Source: Eledone cirrhosa
Taxonomy: Eukaryota
Reading direction: 5' to 3'
NCBI GenBank assembly: GCA_964016885.1
Contig: OZ024743.1
Coordinates: forward strand, 201,066,001 to 201,130,000
DNA length: 64,000 nucleotides
Each line of letters opens with the position of its first letter. Position 1 is the stretch's first letter. The position numbers and the translations under genes are program-made. Positions 30,478 through 44,104 of this stretch are shown here, piece by piece. A model generated the notes under the pieces. The model did no database searches, was not told the origin of the DNA, and saw nothing but the letters and a program-made list of their open reading frames with translations.

Positions 30478-30790
30478 GTGAAGGTGCATGGCTTAGTGGT
30501 TAGAGCATTGGGCTTGCAATTGAAATGTTGTGAGTTTGATTCTTGGACTGGGTGATGTGTTGCTCCAGTTCATTCAGCTGTAGAAAAGAGTTGCAATGTC
30601 ACTGGTTCCAAGCTGTATCAACCATTGCTTTTTCCTTGGACTACATCTGTGGCATGGAGAGGAGAGACTGGAATGCATAGGTGACTGCTTGTTTTCTACA
30701 AACAAACCTTGCCCAGGCTTGTGCCTCAGAGGGAAACTTTCTAGGTGCAAAACCATGGTCATTAGTGACCATGGTGGCCTTCTGAATTGA
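30478..30790 (+). mobile_element. older tRNA-derived SINE with a family-B-like head
   Basis: catggcttagtggttagagcattgggcttgcaattgaaatgttgtgagtttgattc. Confidence 0.65.
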
Positions 30791-31861
30791 GAAAGTATAA
30801 TTACACAACAAACACACCACAAACATACACAGAGATGCACATAGACTTTGACTTCCATTAATTCTAGCAATGAATGCTCCAGTTATTTGCTCAATGGAAC
30901 AGTCTGCTCATGTAATTAACATGCAAGAGATTGAGCATTCTACAGATATGTTTACCCGTAACATAATTCTCATGAGATTCAGGGTGAAACAGGAGTGACT
31001 AGTACAATTACAGGTATGGTATGGTATGGATTTGTAACTCCTGAGGAGTTATAGGGGCGCCATATTGATATACAGTGTTTCTACGGCATTTTTAAAAACC
31101 TGGTGGAGTCCATCCCCTCTCCAGGCCTGAATACAGTAGATAGAGAGAGTGAGAGAAAGGAAGTGAGAAAGAGATATAAAGGAAGAATTGACCCCAATAC
31201 TTGACTGGTACTTTTTTTATTGACCATGAATGGATGAAAGACAAGGTTGACCTCGGCGGGATTTGAACTCAGAAAGCAGAGAGTCAAAATGAATACTACA
31301 AATCATTCTATCCGACATTTTAACGACTATGCCAATTCACCACCTACAATTACAGGTACAATTCATTTTTTTCCATCTCTGTGGACTGGAGCCATATGAA
31401 ATAAAGTGTCATGCTGAAGAACAAAATGCACAACTGGGAATGGAACTCACAACCTTATGATCATGAGCAAAACACCCTAATCACTAAGCAACATGATTGC
31501 ACAAAATCCCACATGTTCTTTTATAATACATGGCACAGTAGTTACACAATTGACTTCTCAATCATGCTGTGCTGAGATAAATTTTACTGCATAGCACCTC
31601 AGACAAATATTGTTTATCATAGATTAAGGGAAAATTGTTAAATAGAAATTGTGTTGAAGGATGCTTTTCAGATGTATTATAGCTTGAGCTGGGATGGATT
31701 AAGTTCTTCTTAGACACTGAGCAGTTAAAATATTATGATGTAGTCCTCTTCTCATATATAAAATCTGAAAAAAAAATGTTTTGCCTAACAAATACATTTA
31801 ATTTGAATAACATGGTTCCTCTCATCACGTGATTCCCTAAGCATGTGTTTATTTTACTTAA

Positions 31862-32050
31862 TCCTTTAGCATTTATATTACTCTATATTTACTATTGCAT
31901 TTTCACATAATATCGAATCTATGAGATTTTGATATTATTTATTTTGAGAACAATACCTTAACATAAGTATGAGCAGCCAGTTATGGCTGGTTTGAACAGA
32001 AAAAATGAGAGAATTTCTGGCCGGATATGGCCGGTTTAAATGCTAAAAGG
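31862..32050. mobile_element. piggyBac-like MITE with TTAA target duplications
   Basis: TTAA-tcctttagcattta ... taaatgctaaaagg-TTAA. Confidence 0.7.
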
Positions 32051-32329
32051 TTAATGGCTAATCCAGCACTGAATTTCATATAACTGAAGGCTCTTCTCAG
32101 CTCTTTGTTTGTCATGATTCTTCCTACTGGATGCTCTTCCTAATGCCAACCACTTTACAAAGTGTACTGGGTGTATTTTATTATTGTATCAAAACTCAGA
32201 AAGTTGTAGGTCACTGACTTAAATGGAATGCTCTCACGACTGTATGAGAGAAGAGAGGAGGATATCTTTTCTTGAAGCCAACTTAATTAGAAAGTGAGAA
32301 TAGGCAGTGGAGTAAGAAAGAAGATAAGT

Positions 32330-32512
32330 ATAATTGTTTCTACTTTAGGCACAAGGCCAGCAATTACCCAGTGCATTACTGGTACTTTATTTTATCGACC
32401 CTGTAAGGATGAAAGGCAAAGTCAACCTCGGCAGGATTTGAACTCACATCGTAAAGGGACGTAACTATGCTGGAAAGCATGCCGTCCGACCCTCTACCGA
32501 CACTGCCAATCC
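32330..32512 (-). mobile_element. tRNA-derived SINE family A
   Basis: full-length match to the family A copies. Confidence 0.85.
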
Positions 32513-32599
32513 AAGTATAATATCATGGATGTAGGATATGTGTGGTGGGAGTAATGGAGGTTAGAATGGGTAGTGATGATGAGAATAGCTACTAAACAG

Positions 32600-33268
32600 T
32601 TCTGACAAACAGGACAGAGATGGGTATCAAAACTGTTCCCTCACTCTACCTATAGTCCAAACCAGCGTTTCTCAACCAGTATGCCCCGGAACCCTAGGGT
32701 TCCGCAAGAGGTCACTTGGAGTTCCGCGAGAAACAGTGATAAAAAACCCAATGCATTTTTGAGTAATTTTTGTTTAATTTCATATTCATAATTTTACAAT
32801 AAAAGTACGGCATATTGCTGGAAAAACCTTGGTTATTATGATAAAAGCTTCAAACTACGATAAAAATATAAAAGAGATAGATGTTAATAATGGTGTATGA
32901 TAATTTTTATGCAATGGTTCCCTGAGACATGAAAACTATTTCAAGGGTTCCACAAGAGTAGAAAGGTTGAGAATTGTTGGTCAAGACCTTGCTCCCTGTG
33001 ACATTTGGTTGTTCCACAACATGAAGGAGAACCTCTGTGGTAGTTGTTTTAAAGCCATTAAGAAGTTGAAGGAGGTTGTGATAAGGGGCCTGGACACCGT
33101 AACTTTGAAGTACTTCCATAGGGTCTTCACCGAGTGGTTGGGGTATTACACCATGTGCATTGAAATCAGAAGATCCTATTTTGAAAGTGATTAGAGTTTT
33201 ATACTTCTTTGAAATTAATAAATGTTTCTTCTTCTGAAGTCTAAAAACTTCCTGAATGTACTTTGTAT
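32600..33268 (+). pseudogene. mariner transposase 3' fragment plus right TIR, interrupted by a hAT MITE
   Basis: YSP | DLAPCDIWLFHNMKENLCG...W...CIEIRRSYFE matches the mariner YSPDLAPxD C-terminal region; ends ...aatgtactttg-TA. Confidence 0.8.
32663..32979. mobile_element. hAT (Charlie-like) MITE
   Basis: TIRs cagcgtttctcaacc / ggttgagaattgttg; 8-bp target duplications gtccaaac and gtcaagac. Confidence 0.75.
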
Positions 33269-33393
33269 ATGTGTGTGTGTATAAACGAGATATGGAACCC
33301 CACCTTGTTGGGGAGGTCAGTAGCTTTGCTTTAGTACTAACTTGGTAAGTGCAGACCCAGCCAGCCCTTGCTAGCAGGGAGAATGGTTGTTAA

Positions 33394-33429
<36 letters not shown>

Positions 33430-33705
33430 TATGTATGTATGTATGTATGTATGCATGTATGTATGAATGTATGTATGCGTGTGTATGTATGTAGATATGT
33501 ATGCATGTACATATGTGTGTATATGTACATACGCACGTATGTATGTACATACGTATGTGTGTGTGTAAGTATGTATGTACGAACATATGTATATATGTAT
33601 GTATGTATGTAGATATGTATGTACGTACGTATGTATGTACGTATGTATATATGTACGTATATATGTATGTATGTATATATGTACATATGTACTTATGTAT
33701 GTATT
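33394..33705. repeat. (GAT)n followed by (ATGT)n compound microsatellite
   Basis: direct reading. Confidence 0.9.
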
Positions 33706-34370
33706 AGTACAGTAGTGACTGTTTCTTTAGCAGTGTCTTTGTAAAATGATTTCTATCTTAGAATGTCATAAACACACAAATAACAAAATGAATCAACCGA
33801 AGAAAGAAACAGCCACAAATTCAACAATTTTTCCAGATTTCAGTTGAGAAAATCACAACACTATATTGTCCTGCATTGTGGTCATACACAATTTTTTTTT
33901 GTCTAACTTTTTTACTTAAATGAAACTATATCAAACAAAATATCCCTTTATGAAGTCTATATGGTCTTACAATTTGTGTCATAATATTTCTATCCAAACA
34001 CTGTTGCTTCTTTGAATTCTTATATTCTTCGTTTCTCTAAAAATTCTTCAGTAATTAGAAAATGTTAGATAAATAAATTTTTTCTTTTCCTTTCTCTAGA
34101 TCCAATCTCATTTTAGAATGTGTGTTTGTATGTGTTTTTGTTTTTATTTTTTGTTTTGATACTCACATATTGTGACCTGCAGCTATAATTAAGATTATCT
34201 ATAACACACAAACATTTGTCAACTATCCTCCTATATATTTCTGTAGCATATTAATTAAATGTGTATTTTTTTGTATTATTGTTGTTGTTGTTGGTGTTGT
34301 TTATTTTGTATATTTATATCTTTCTATGGTAACATAAATTGTATAGTTCAACAAACACACACTTATATAT

Positions 34371-34456
<86 letters not shown>

Positions 34457-34577
34457 TGTACTGACAATTTAACAGAGACAACATACAGTAGAAAGACTCT
34501 ATAGTTGTATTGAGGACAGGACTGCCTCCTCTGGTGCTTTTGCTAGGATAAAATGCACCCAGTGTACTCTGTTAATA

Positions 34578-34998
34578 ATAATTGTTTCTACTTTTGGCAC
34601 AAGGCCAGCAATTATCCCAGTGTATTACTGGTGCTTTATTTTATCGACCCCAGAAGGATGAAAGGCAAAGTTAACCTCGGCGGGATTTGAACTTAGAATG
34701 GCAAGGGACGTAACTCTTTGCTGCAAAGCATGGCATCAGACCCTCTACCGATACTGCCAAACCACCGCCTACTCTGTTAATAATAATGATAATAATAATA
34801 ATGGTTTCTACTTTAGGCACAAGGCAAGCAATTTGAAGGGGGGGGGGACTATGAAATCGACCCAGAGCATTACTGGTGCTTTATTTTATCGACCCCGTAA
34901 GGATGAAAGAGAAAGCTAATCTTGGCAGGATTTGAACTCAGAACGCAAAGGGCCACAACTCTATGCCACAAAGCATGTTGTCCGATTCTCTACTGATA
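34578..34998 (-). mobile_element. two adjacent family A SINE copies (34578-34769, 34799-34998)
   Basis: both contain ttttatcgacccc...ggatttgaact. Confidence 0.8.
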
Positions 34999-35211
34999 AC
35001 AACAACAGCAACAGTAAGCATTATAAAATTAACATTTCCCCCATCTTGTTGAAGATATATTGTATGGAGATGAAGTCTGTAATGGAGCCCCTAAAGCCCA
35101 GTGAATTACAGAATTACACTAGTGCTATTGGCATGGTGAAATGCACCAAATACACTCTATAGAGTAGTTGGGGAATTAGTGGAAGCAACATAGATTCAAG
35201 AGGATCCCTAA

Positions 35212-35408
35212 CCCTTTAACATTTACATTAAAGGCTTTATCCCACATTATTATCTCACATAATATCGAATTCACAAGATTTTGATGATGACATTATTTAT
35301 TTTGAGAATAATACCTTAACTTTGGTATAAGCAGCTGGTTATGGCCGGTTTGAATAGAAAGAGGTGAGAGAATTCTGGCCGGATACGGCCTGTTTAAATG
35401 CTAACAGT
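35212..35408. mobile_element. piggyBac-like MITE (same family as 31862-32050)
   Basis: ccctttaacattta ... ggcctgtttaaatgctaacagt-TTAA. Confidence 0.65.
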
Positions 35409-35898
35409 TTAATCCTGCCAAGGACATAGCTATGTCTCTTGTGCCTTGCCATGATAAAATGCATTCGGTATACTTTGTAAAGTAGTTGATGTTACAAATA
35501 TAATCCAACCATAGAAATCAAACCAAAAATGGAACATATGAATGAAATGTGGTCCTCTCACCCATTTAAGATTCTTGGTAACTCTGAATAAAAACTAACT
35601 CAGACTATGATAATCCATGTAGCTCAAACCAGTATGAAATATGGATATGAAAGGATATTGACCACTCACACTGGTATGTATTTAATCAACTATTAGCATT
35701 TTAACACAATCCAGTCAGTTTCCTCTTTGATTATTGGAAATTGATATATTTTGTGTCTTATGGGTATAAGAGGATGATGTGAGAGAGAAGGGGGATAGAG
35801 ACAGAGAAAGTTAGTTAAGTTTTTAAAGTAACAGGTATACATATAAAAAAACAAACAATATTCACTGAGATTTTTAGTGGTCTACATCAGTAAAAACT

Positions 35899-36211
35899 GA
35901 GGCTGGATTTAATGGGGGTGGGGAAGAGGGGGCAATTGCCCCGGGCCCCTTATAGTGGAGGGGGGGGGGAACCCACCAGCAATGGCCATAACAATTTATT
36001 TGTGCCCTCAGCTCGGGTTTTTAGTTTTAGGATGGTTAGATTTTTAAAAATTTAATTCCTGTATGTATAACTTTTCAATTCCAATTACTTGAACCAAGCA
36101 GACTTTGATACGTAAAATTAGTGGTTTGCCATGTATTCTAATTTTTTGTGTATAAGGCCCCTTCCCCAAAGCTGAAGTGCCCTGGACCCCCATGGTCTAA
36201 AATCCAACCTT
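35899..36211. mobile_element. degenerate non-autonomous DNA transposon
   Basis: imperfect TIRs aggctggattt / aaatccaacct with GC-rich subterminal ggggcaattgccccgggcccc. Confidence 0.4.
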
Positions 36212-36805
36212 GATTGTATTTATTGATAACACTCAATGCTCCATCAAAGAAGGAACCAAAAACGCTGGGAACTTCTCTCCAAACAGCATACAAATTAATC
36301 CTTTCATTACAGTATTTCTTTTGAAATATACTATATTTAAAATAATTAATGATAATTTGAAAGTGGTTTGCTAAAATTATGAATCATTTCATTATTATAA
36401 CAGTATTTGTAACATAATTTTAAAAACGGTTTTTTGATCAAGTTATGATGGAAAATGATAATTTAAATAGAAATAATGTAAATACTAAAGGGTTAATATT
36501 GAAATGTTTCCCGAATTTGTCATTGAATTATATAGGAATGATCTGGACAAGGTGGCACACTGTATTTTTGAGCAAAATGATTAATCTCATGCTGCTTTTC
36601 AGGATATAATTGGTTTTCCTATTATTAAAAGAGTTGAGAAACCTCCTATGTGTAGATAGTCAGCTAAAGCTTCATAACTGTGAATTGTAAATTTAATTTT
36701 TCTTATTTTATTTCAACACAATGATTTCTGATAAATCAACATTTGTATGTCCATTTACAGAATATTTCATTCAGTTTGATTTCTGATTATCATTATCAGT
36801 TAGCT

Positions 36806-36990
36806 TGGATTGGCAGTATCGGTAGAGGGTCGGACGCCATGCTTTGACGCATAGAGTTACGGCCCTTGCCATACTGAGTTCAAATCCCGCCGAGGTTAAC
36901 TTTGCCTTTCATCCTTAAGGGGTCGATAAAATAAAGTACCAGTAATGTACTGAGTAATTGCTGGCCTTGTGCCAAAAGTAGAAACAATTA
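36806..36990 (+). mobile_element. tRNA-derived SINE family A, full length, with target duplication
   Basis: attatcagttagctt occurs both before and after the copy. Confidence 0.88.
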
Positions 36991-37438
36991 TCAGTTAGCT
37001 TTCAGACTTAATTCATTGCTCAGTTTAACGTTACAACCAGGTGCTTGTGTACTTTCAGCTGTAGTTCACTCAGTTGAAAGCTTTTGAGCCAGGTCTCTGA
37101 TCTGCAGTTAAGTCCGTCTCACCAGTCACGACCTTTCTCTGACTAATAAATAAATAAATAACAATAAAAATAAATAGAAATAGAAACAGAGCCCCACCAA
37201 TTAAAATGTGCTAATTATTTAAACTTTAATTATTCTGATAACTTATCTTAAATATTTAGGCATGCAACTTTTAATATTCATCACCAATAATTATTTAGAA
37301 CACACATTTATCCTTTCTGATCCATATTAAGATATTAATGCTGAGATACACACACAAACACACACAAATACATGCACACACACACAAACATATACACACA
37401 TACACTTTTATATTGTGCAGTGAAGATGAAATATATGA

Positions 37439-37833
37439 TATCATCATCATCATCATCATCATCATTTTATGTCCGCTTTTCCCTGCTTGCAAGGGTGGGA
37501 CGGGTCTTATTCAGCACAGCATCTCTCCACTCGCCACGGTCCTTCGTCATCTCCACCGTGAGCTTCAATGATCTGAGGTCTGTTCTCACCACCTCCGCCC
37601 ATGTTTTTCGTGGTCTACCTCTACCACGTCTTCCTTCAACTGGCATTTCCTGGCACTTCTTCACCCATTGGTCATCCTCCATGCGCATCACATGTCCATA
37701 CCACCTCAGTCTCCTCTCCCGCACACTACATTCTATCCCTCTCAGACACAGTTTCTCTCTCAACACATTTATACTGGGTCGTTCACGTACATTTACACTG
37801 CACATCCAACGGAGCATGCTTGCCTCATTTCTC

Positions 37834-37838
<5 letters not shown>
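37439..37838 (-). mobile_element. 3' end of third RTE LINE subfamily (source of the SINE B tail)
   Basis: ERNEASMLRWMC...RRLRWYGHVMRM...GRPRKTW; 3' end shared with SINE B. Confidence 0.9.
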
Positions 37839-37869
<31 letters not shown>

Positions 37870-37874
<5 letters not shown>

Positions 37875-38140
37875 AAAGTCTGTCTTGAGCTCATTTGGTC
37901 GGTGCTTATCCCGGTTTCATGGCGTGAAGCGACTGAGAGTACAAGACTCCCCCTGGACAGGACGCCAGTCTATCGCAGGGTTAAACCTCCAGCTATTGCT
38001 GGTACTCATTTTCAGCTGAGTATACTGAGCAATGTGAAATGAAGTGTTTTGCTCAAGAACACAACATGCAACCCAGGAATCAAACCCACGACATTATGAT
38101 CGTAAGTCCAACACTCTTACCACTAGGCCACGTGCCTCCA
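37870..38140 (-). mobile_element. tRNA-derived SINE (variant family)
   Basis: minus-strand head ggaggcacgtggcctagtggtaagagtgttggac...gggtttgattcct; body related to SINE B. Confidence 0.7.
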
Positions 38141-38259
38141 CATATATATATACATAATAATAATAATAATACAAGGATGAGCGGTTACTTTTTCATTACA
38201 TTTATTGTTGGTGACACACATTTCGCTACTGATCAGTAACTCCGCGTTACACGTACTGG

Positions 38260-38294
<35 letters not shown>

Positions 38295-39811
38295 ATATTT
38301 ATCCCTCCTCATAATGGTGCCTTCTAGTTCCACACTGTAAATATGGTTGGTGTTAGGAATAGCATCCAGCTGTAATAATCCTGGCCAAATTTACAGTTCC
38401 GTCTGAGCAAGTTATGGCGTGGCCAATCTAACCATACTGATGGCATGGACGACCCATCTAACTCATGTAAGCATAGGAAGTGGATGTTAAATGGGGATGA
38501 TGGTGATGATGTATATATAATGAAAGCGGAATAATCCACTACTATTTTATTAAAGTGCATCAAGCTCAAAGTATTATTTAGGTCAACAACATGCAGGAAT
38601 CAAAGTCAAAGGTATAGTCCAAAGAGTTAAGATACTTGTAGATGAAGACAATGGAAACTGTAGAGCATAAATAATTAATGCAAAAGTAAAACCAAGGTTG
38701 TTATTCAAGTTCCATCTTTAGTTTCTACAATTGTTTCTATGGAAATTAATGTAGCACCAGTAGAAAGAATGAAACAATTAATCAGTCAAACAATTAATAA
38801 TTCATAATTTAAAAGTCACTCAAACATAAATCCCTATTTCATCAGGATAACTTGAGAAATATAGTTTGATGTTTGCTATCTCCCATCCTCCAGCCAGTTA
38901 CAGCAATTCAAAAAATTGCCATGGATACTGCCCAATGCATCCCGAAAAAACATTAAAATGAACAAAAGTGGAGTGTAGGCATTGAAAAGATGAAGAAGAT
39001 ATTCTTAAAAATGTGAATTTGCTATTAGAAGAAAAAAAGGTGCTTCAATCCTTTTCTTCTCCTTTTCTGTGCACAGGACCAGAACCTGGGTACTTATTGC
39101 CTTAAGTTAACATTACATTGTGTACAGCCCTCTCCCAGTTATGTGCACATTTCTTTCAAATAAAATAATTTCAAGTGAAAATTTTGTAAGTTAACAAACC
39201 TAGCTTTTGATATATCTTACTTTGACAATACTAAGAGGATTATTAAGCCTGCATTTCCCACTGCACAGTCAACACTCACCTATGCCAAATCACGTGACAA
39301 GTCATAACACGACGCAAACCTCTCCAGCATATAGGATATTTCCACAATGCCGCTACATAGCAAAGACGTTAAGGGATTTATTTACTGATCACAGGAAATT
39401 ATTATATATTTAATTATTATGTATATAATTGTAATCTGTTATGGTGCACTAATGTGCCTCTCTGAGGTCTGTTCCCAAGGTGGCTTCATAGTGGGTCTAA
39501 TGACAGCACTGGCCCTCACTGTACTAAATATAATCAATGAGATTAGAGAAGACCCTTAGTATGTAGTTTATCTTTCATAAAATCAATGAAATAGAAAAAA
39601 CAAGTTTAGAATAATATCTAGTAGATTATGCCATCTCTACAAATAATATATGTAGGAAAATCTATAGGGTTGAGGGGTGATAATAACAGTGAGATAAAGA
39701 GATGTAAGAGTTTAAAATAAATAAGTATGAATATATCTAGATAAATATTGTTTATATTTATTACATGAATACATGCATCAATGCACCATTATATGTGTGT
39801 GTGTGTAGATA

Positions 39812-39849
<38 letters not shown>

Positions 39850-40063
39850 ATACATATGTATGAGTTTGCAAATATATACATGTATGCATGTGTATAAATA
39901 TATATATATATATATATGTATATATATGTATGTGTATATATGTATGTGTGTATATATATGTACACACATATATATATATTTATATATATATATACATATA
40001 TATGTATGTATGTATGTATATATATGTATATATATATATATGTATACATATATATATACATAC

Positions 40064-40095
<32 letters not shown>

Positions 40096-40101
40096 ATATA
40101 T

Positions 40102-40658
40102 ATCATCATCATCATCATCATCGTTTAACGTCCATCTTCCACACTTGCATGGGTTTGGACAGGAGTTTTCCCACCTGAGGCAAGAGTGGTTGTCCTGCTC
40201 GTATAGGACTGTCTGGCGGGTTTTCTATGGTTGGATGCCCTTCCTAACACCAACCACATTTAGAGTGTGGACTGGGCGGTTTTTACCTTGTTACCTACAC
40301 GGCCACATTACAGCGTGGACTGTGTGTTTTTTTGTCATGCCACCTACACGTCTGGCGGGTTTTCTATGGCTGGATGCCCTTCCCAACACCAACCACATTT
40401 ACAGTGTGTACAGGGAGGTTTTTACCGTGTTATCTACACGGCCACATTACAGCGTGGACTGTGTATTTTTTTTTTGTCATGACACCTACACGACCTCATT
40501 TGTTTTGGACTGGATGTTCTGGTATCAACATAACTTCACATTTAATGGGGGTGGTGTGGATGGGGTGGGGGTGTATTTCGTTAGAGGTGCCTACTGACTG
40601 TAGGTTTCGCTTTGTACTTAGGCAAGGCGGGTCTTCTGTATAACTGTGTAGCGCCAAC
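40102..40658 (-). mobile_element. RTE LINE 3'UTR fragment with internal ~120-bp duplication
   Basis: gtctggcgggttttctatgg...cacctacacg repeated at ~40211 and ~40350. Confidence 0.88.
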
Positions 40659-40675
40659 AGTTATATATATTTACA

Positions 40676-40718
<43 letters not shown>

Positions 40719-41610
40719 AAATACACACACACATATACACACAGATATATATATATATAAAAACAGAGAGACATAAATGAAGAAGCCAGATGTGAAAACT
40801 ACAACAGTAAATGTCTAAGACATAAAACTTGTCTACTGATAGACACAGCGATTCAGAGATAAGTGTTTTCAATCAATAACTGCCAACGATATTTCACACT
40901 TTACTGGCTCTTTACTCACTGTTACGCTTCAAAACATACATAAATACCTCATCATAGCTACTGATAGATACACTAACATTACAGCCATTACTTGCTTCCA
41001 CCAACCCCTCAGCCACCATATCCACCACCACCACCACCATCACCAGCATCATCACCACCGCCAGCAAGACTAAGCAAGCTCAAGGATGTTATCCAATCTT
41101 GCTCATGGTCTACCTCTGTGTCTCCTGCTATTTGGCTTTGCTCATAAAATCTGTAGACATAGTTCAGGAGCTGTGCTCACTCAATTTGGAGAAGTGGTGG
41201 TTCTAGTTGGAGCAACTCCCAGATCTCTAATATATGCAAACTATTATTGTGCTCTCTCGAATCAGAGAAATGGTGGCTAGCCAGAATGATTCCCTGATCT
41301 CCAATATATATAAACTATCGAGTAACTTTACACTAAAGCCCCTTTGGAGAAGCACCATTTTTGCCACTTGTATTCGCGATCATATTTTTTGGTCATTACC
41401 CATGATTCATGACCATTGGACAGACATTATTGAAATAATTTTGATGTTTGTCATTCTAGTGTTGGTCAATCATGGCTTAATAGATTAAATCATTAAATCT
41501 ATCAGTCAATAGTGGCAAATATTTATATTTGTGTATTGGATTAATGTGTGTTTTTTAGGGAAGTGGGTGTTTTATTTTAGCATTTGAAAGTATGCTTTTA
41601 GTCAGTTAAG

Positions 41611-43590
41611 ATCATCATCATCATCATCATCATTGTTTAGCGTCCATTTTCCACGCTAGCATGGGTCTGGACGGGAATTGTCCACTTGAGGTAAGATTGG
41701 TTGTCTTGCTCAGGACTGTCTGGCGGGTTTTCTACGGCTGGGTGTCCTTCCTAACACCAACCACATTTACAGTGTGTACTGGGAGGTTTTTACTGTGTTA
41801 CCTACACGGCCACATTGCAGCATGGACTGTGTGTTTTTTTGTCGTGACACCCACACGACCTCATTTGTTTCGGACTGGATGTTGTGGTACCAACATAATT
41901 TCACATTTTAGGGGGTGGTGTGGATGGGGTGGGGGTAGTGGGACGGGGGTGTAGTTTGTTAGAGGTGCCTACTGACTGTAGGTTTCGCTTTGTACTTAGG
42001 CAAGGTGGGTCTTCTGTATAACTGTGTAGCGCCAAAGATCTCGGTCCAGTGACATTGTCTTGGAGAGGTGTAAGTGTGTGAGGTCGGAATTTATCAAGTC
42101 GTCCCAGGTTTTTCTGGGTCTGCCTACTCCGTGGCTACCATCTATTTTTATCGCCCTGCACTTTTTTTATACAGCTGTCGTCTTTCATGCGCATCACATG
42201 ACCGTACTAACGTAGTCTTCTCTCGAGTAAACAACATCTGATCCCTCTTATTCCTAATATCTCCCTTAGTTCGTTTATGCTTTGCCGTTCACGTATATTA
42301 CTATTACACATCCAGCGGAGCATGCAAGCTTTGTTTCTCTCCAGTCTGTATATATCCTCTGCACACAATGCCCAGGTCTCACTGTCATGTAACATTGCTA
42401 TTCGTATGCAGGCATCATACAGCCTGCCTTTCATTTTTAGAGAGAGCCCTTTAGCGGCCAATCGTGGTATAAGCTCTCTGAACTTTTTCCACTCCGTTCT
42501 GACTCTAGCTACTGTACTTTCAGAGCACCCTCCCCCACTGGTGATTTTATCACCCAGGTAACAGAAGCTGTCCACTATTTCTATAGAACCATCTGTGCAA
42601 TGGAATGAGCTAATATTCTGTGGGCACTTCTTGTACCAGACTACCGGCCACATATAAAATCTATGTTCTTAGTTAGCTTACCTGTGATACCACTACATCT
42701 TTTATGCATCCATACTTTGCATTTGGGACATAAAATGGAGTTTCTACCTACTCCTTTCCTATCCACTGAGCATGGCCATTTCCCAGATTTTCCTTCCTAC
42801 AAACTAGAACTTAAGTCTTAGACAAGTTAACTTTTGATTCTAGGTTAACTTTTGATTCTAGGCCATGCTTCCATGTTTAGAATTTCTTTTCTAGTTCTGC
42901 CATTGATTCAGCTATGAGCGTTAGATCATCTGCATATAGGAGTTTCCATGGGCAGCCGGTCTTGAACTCTTCTGTTATAGCCTGAAGGGCAATAATAAAT
43001 AGTAGGGGGCTAAGGACGGAGCCCTGATGAACACCAACTTTTACGCTAAACTCTTCACTATATTCGTTGTTAATTCTAACCTTGCTGACTGTTTCTTTAT
43101 ACATGGCTTGTATAGCTCTCACAAGCCATTCATCAACACCTAGTTTTCTAATGGCCCACCAGATAGTCGAGTGGGGTACTCTGTCAAAGGCTTTCTCCAA
43201 GTCAACAAAGACTAAGTATAGGAGTTTACTTTTAGCTAGGTACTTCTCCTGTAGTTGTCGTACAATGAAGAGGGCATCTGTGGTACTTTTACCTGACACA
43301 AACCCGAATTGCATTTCATCTAGATCAATTCGCTCTCTAATTAGTTGCGCTATTACTCTTTCTGTGACCTTCATGACCTGGTCAATTAATTTAATGCCTC
43401 TATAGTTTCCCCTTATGTTGGCCATCTGCAGCCGAAACAAAGAGGAGGAGTCCTTGTCTTTTCGTCCGGCAGCATTTGTCGTTATCTTTGGCATTGTCAC
43501 TGAGTGTCCAGATTTTTTCTTTTCAAACTCTCCAGAATTCCGTAGTCCATCCATCATATCAAAAGACAACCAGGTAAGTCATAGGTTAAG
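41611..43590 (-). mobile_element. disrupted RTE LINE (main family), probably internally deleted and retaining a 5' piece at 43413-43590
   Basis: RT ORFs 42877-43569 and 42207-42653; (CAT)n tail at 41611. Confidence 0.9.
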
Positions 43591-43706
43591 ATATATATAT
43601 GTATATATATTAAGAAGATCCCATATAGGGTGAAAGCAGAAATAATTCTTTGCTTAAAATTTAATCTGTACAAATAATAAATATTTGCTCTACGGGTTTA
43701 AATATA

Positions 43707-43744
<38 letters not shown>

Positions 43745-43874
43745 CCTTATTCAGCCCTCTTCAGATTTTGGTGTTTGTATTTATTATTACTATATGTAAA
43801 TAAAGTACCAGTAATACACTGGGTAATTGCTAGCCTTGTATCAAAAGTAGAAAGAATTATTACTATATGTGGAT

Positions 43875-44068
43875 TGGGCGGTGGATTGGCAGTATCGGTA
43901 GAGGGTCTGACGCCATGCTTTGCAGCATAGAGTTACGGCCCTTTATAGTCTGAGTTCAAATCCCGCCGAGGTTAACTTTGCCTTTCATCCTTACGAGGTC
44001 GATAAAATAAAGTACCAGTAATACACTGGAATAATTGCTGGCCTTGTGCCAAAAGTAGAAACAATTAT
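43875..44068 (+). mobile_element. tRNA-derived SINE family A, preceded by a duplicated 3' piece (43798-43865)
   Basis: ggcggtggattggcagtatcgg...gagttcaaatccc...agtagaaacaattattactat. Confidence 0.88.
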
Positions 44069-44073
44069 TACTA

Positions 44074-44104
<31 letters not shown>

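Noticed and set aside
38165-38260. Minus-strand hairpin followed by GAAA and AATAAA, resembling a Penelope-like 3' end
   Set aside because: The CUGANGA box is not recognisable; too degenerate to call
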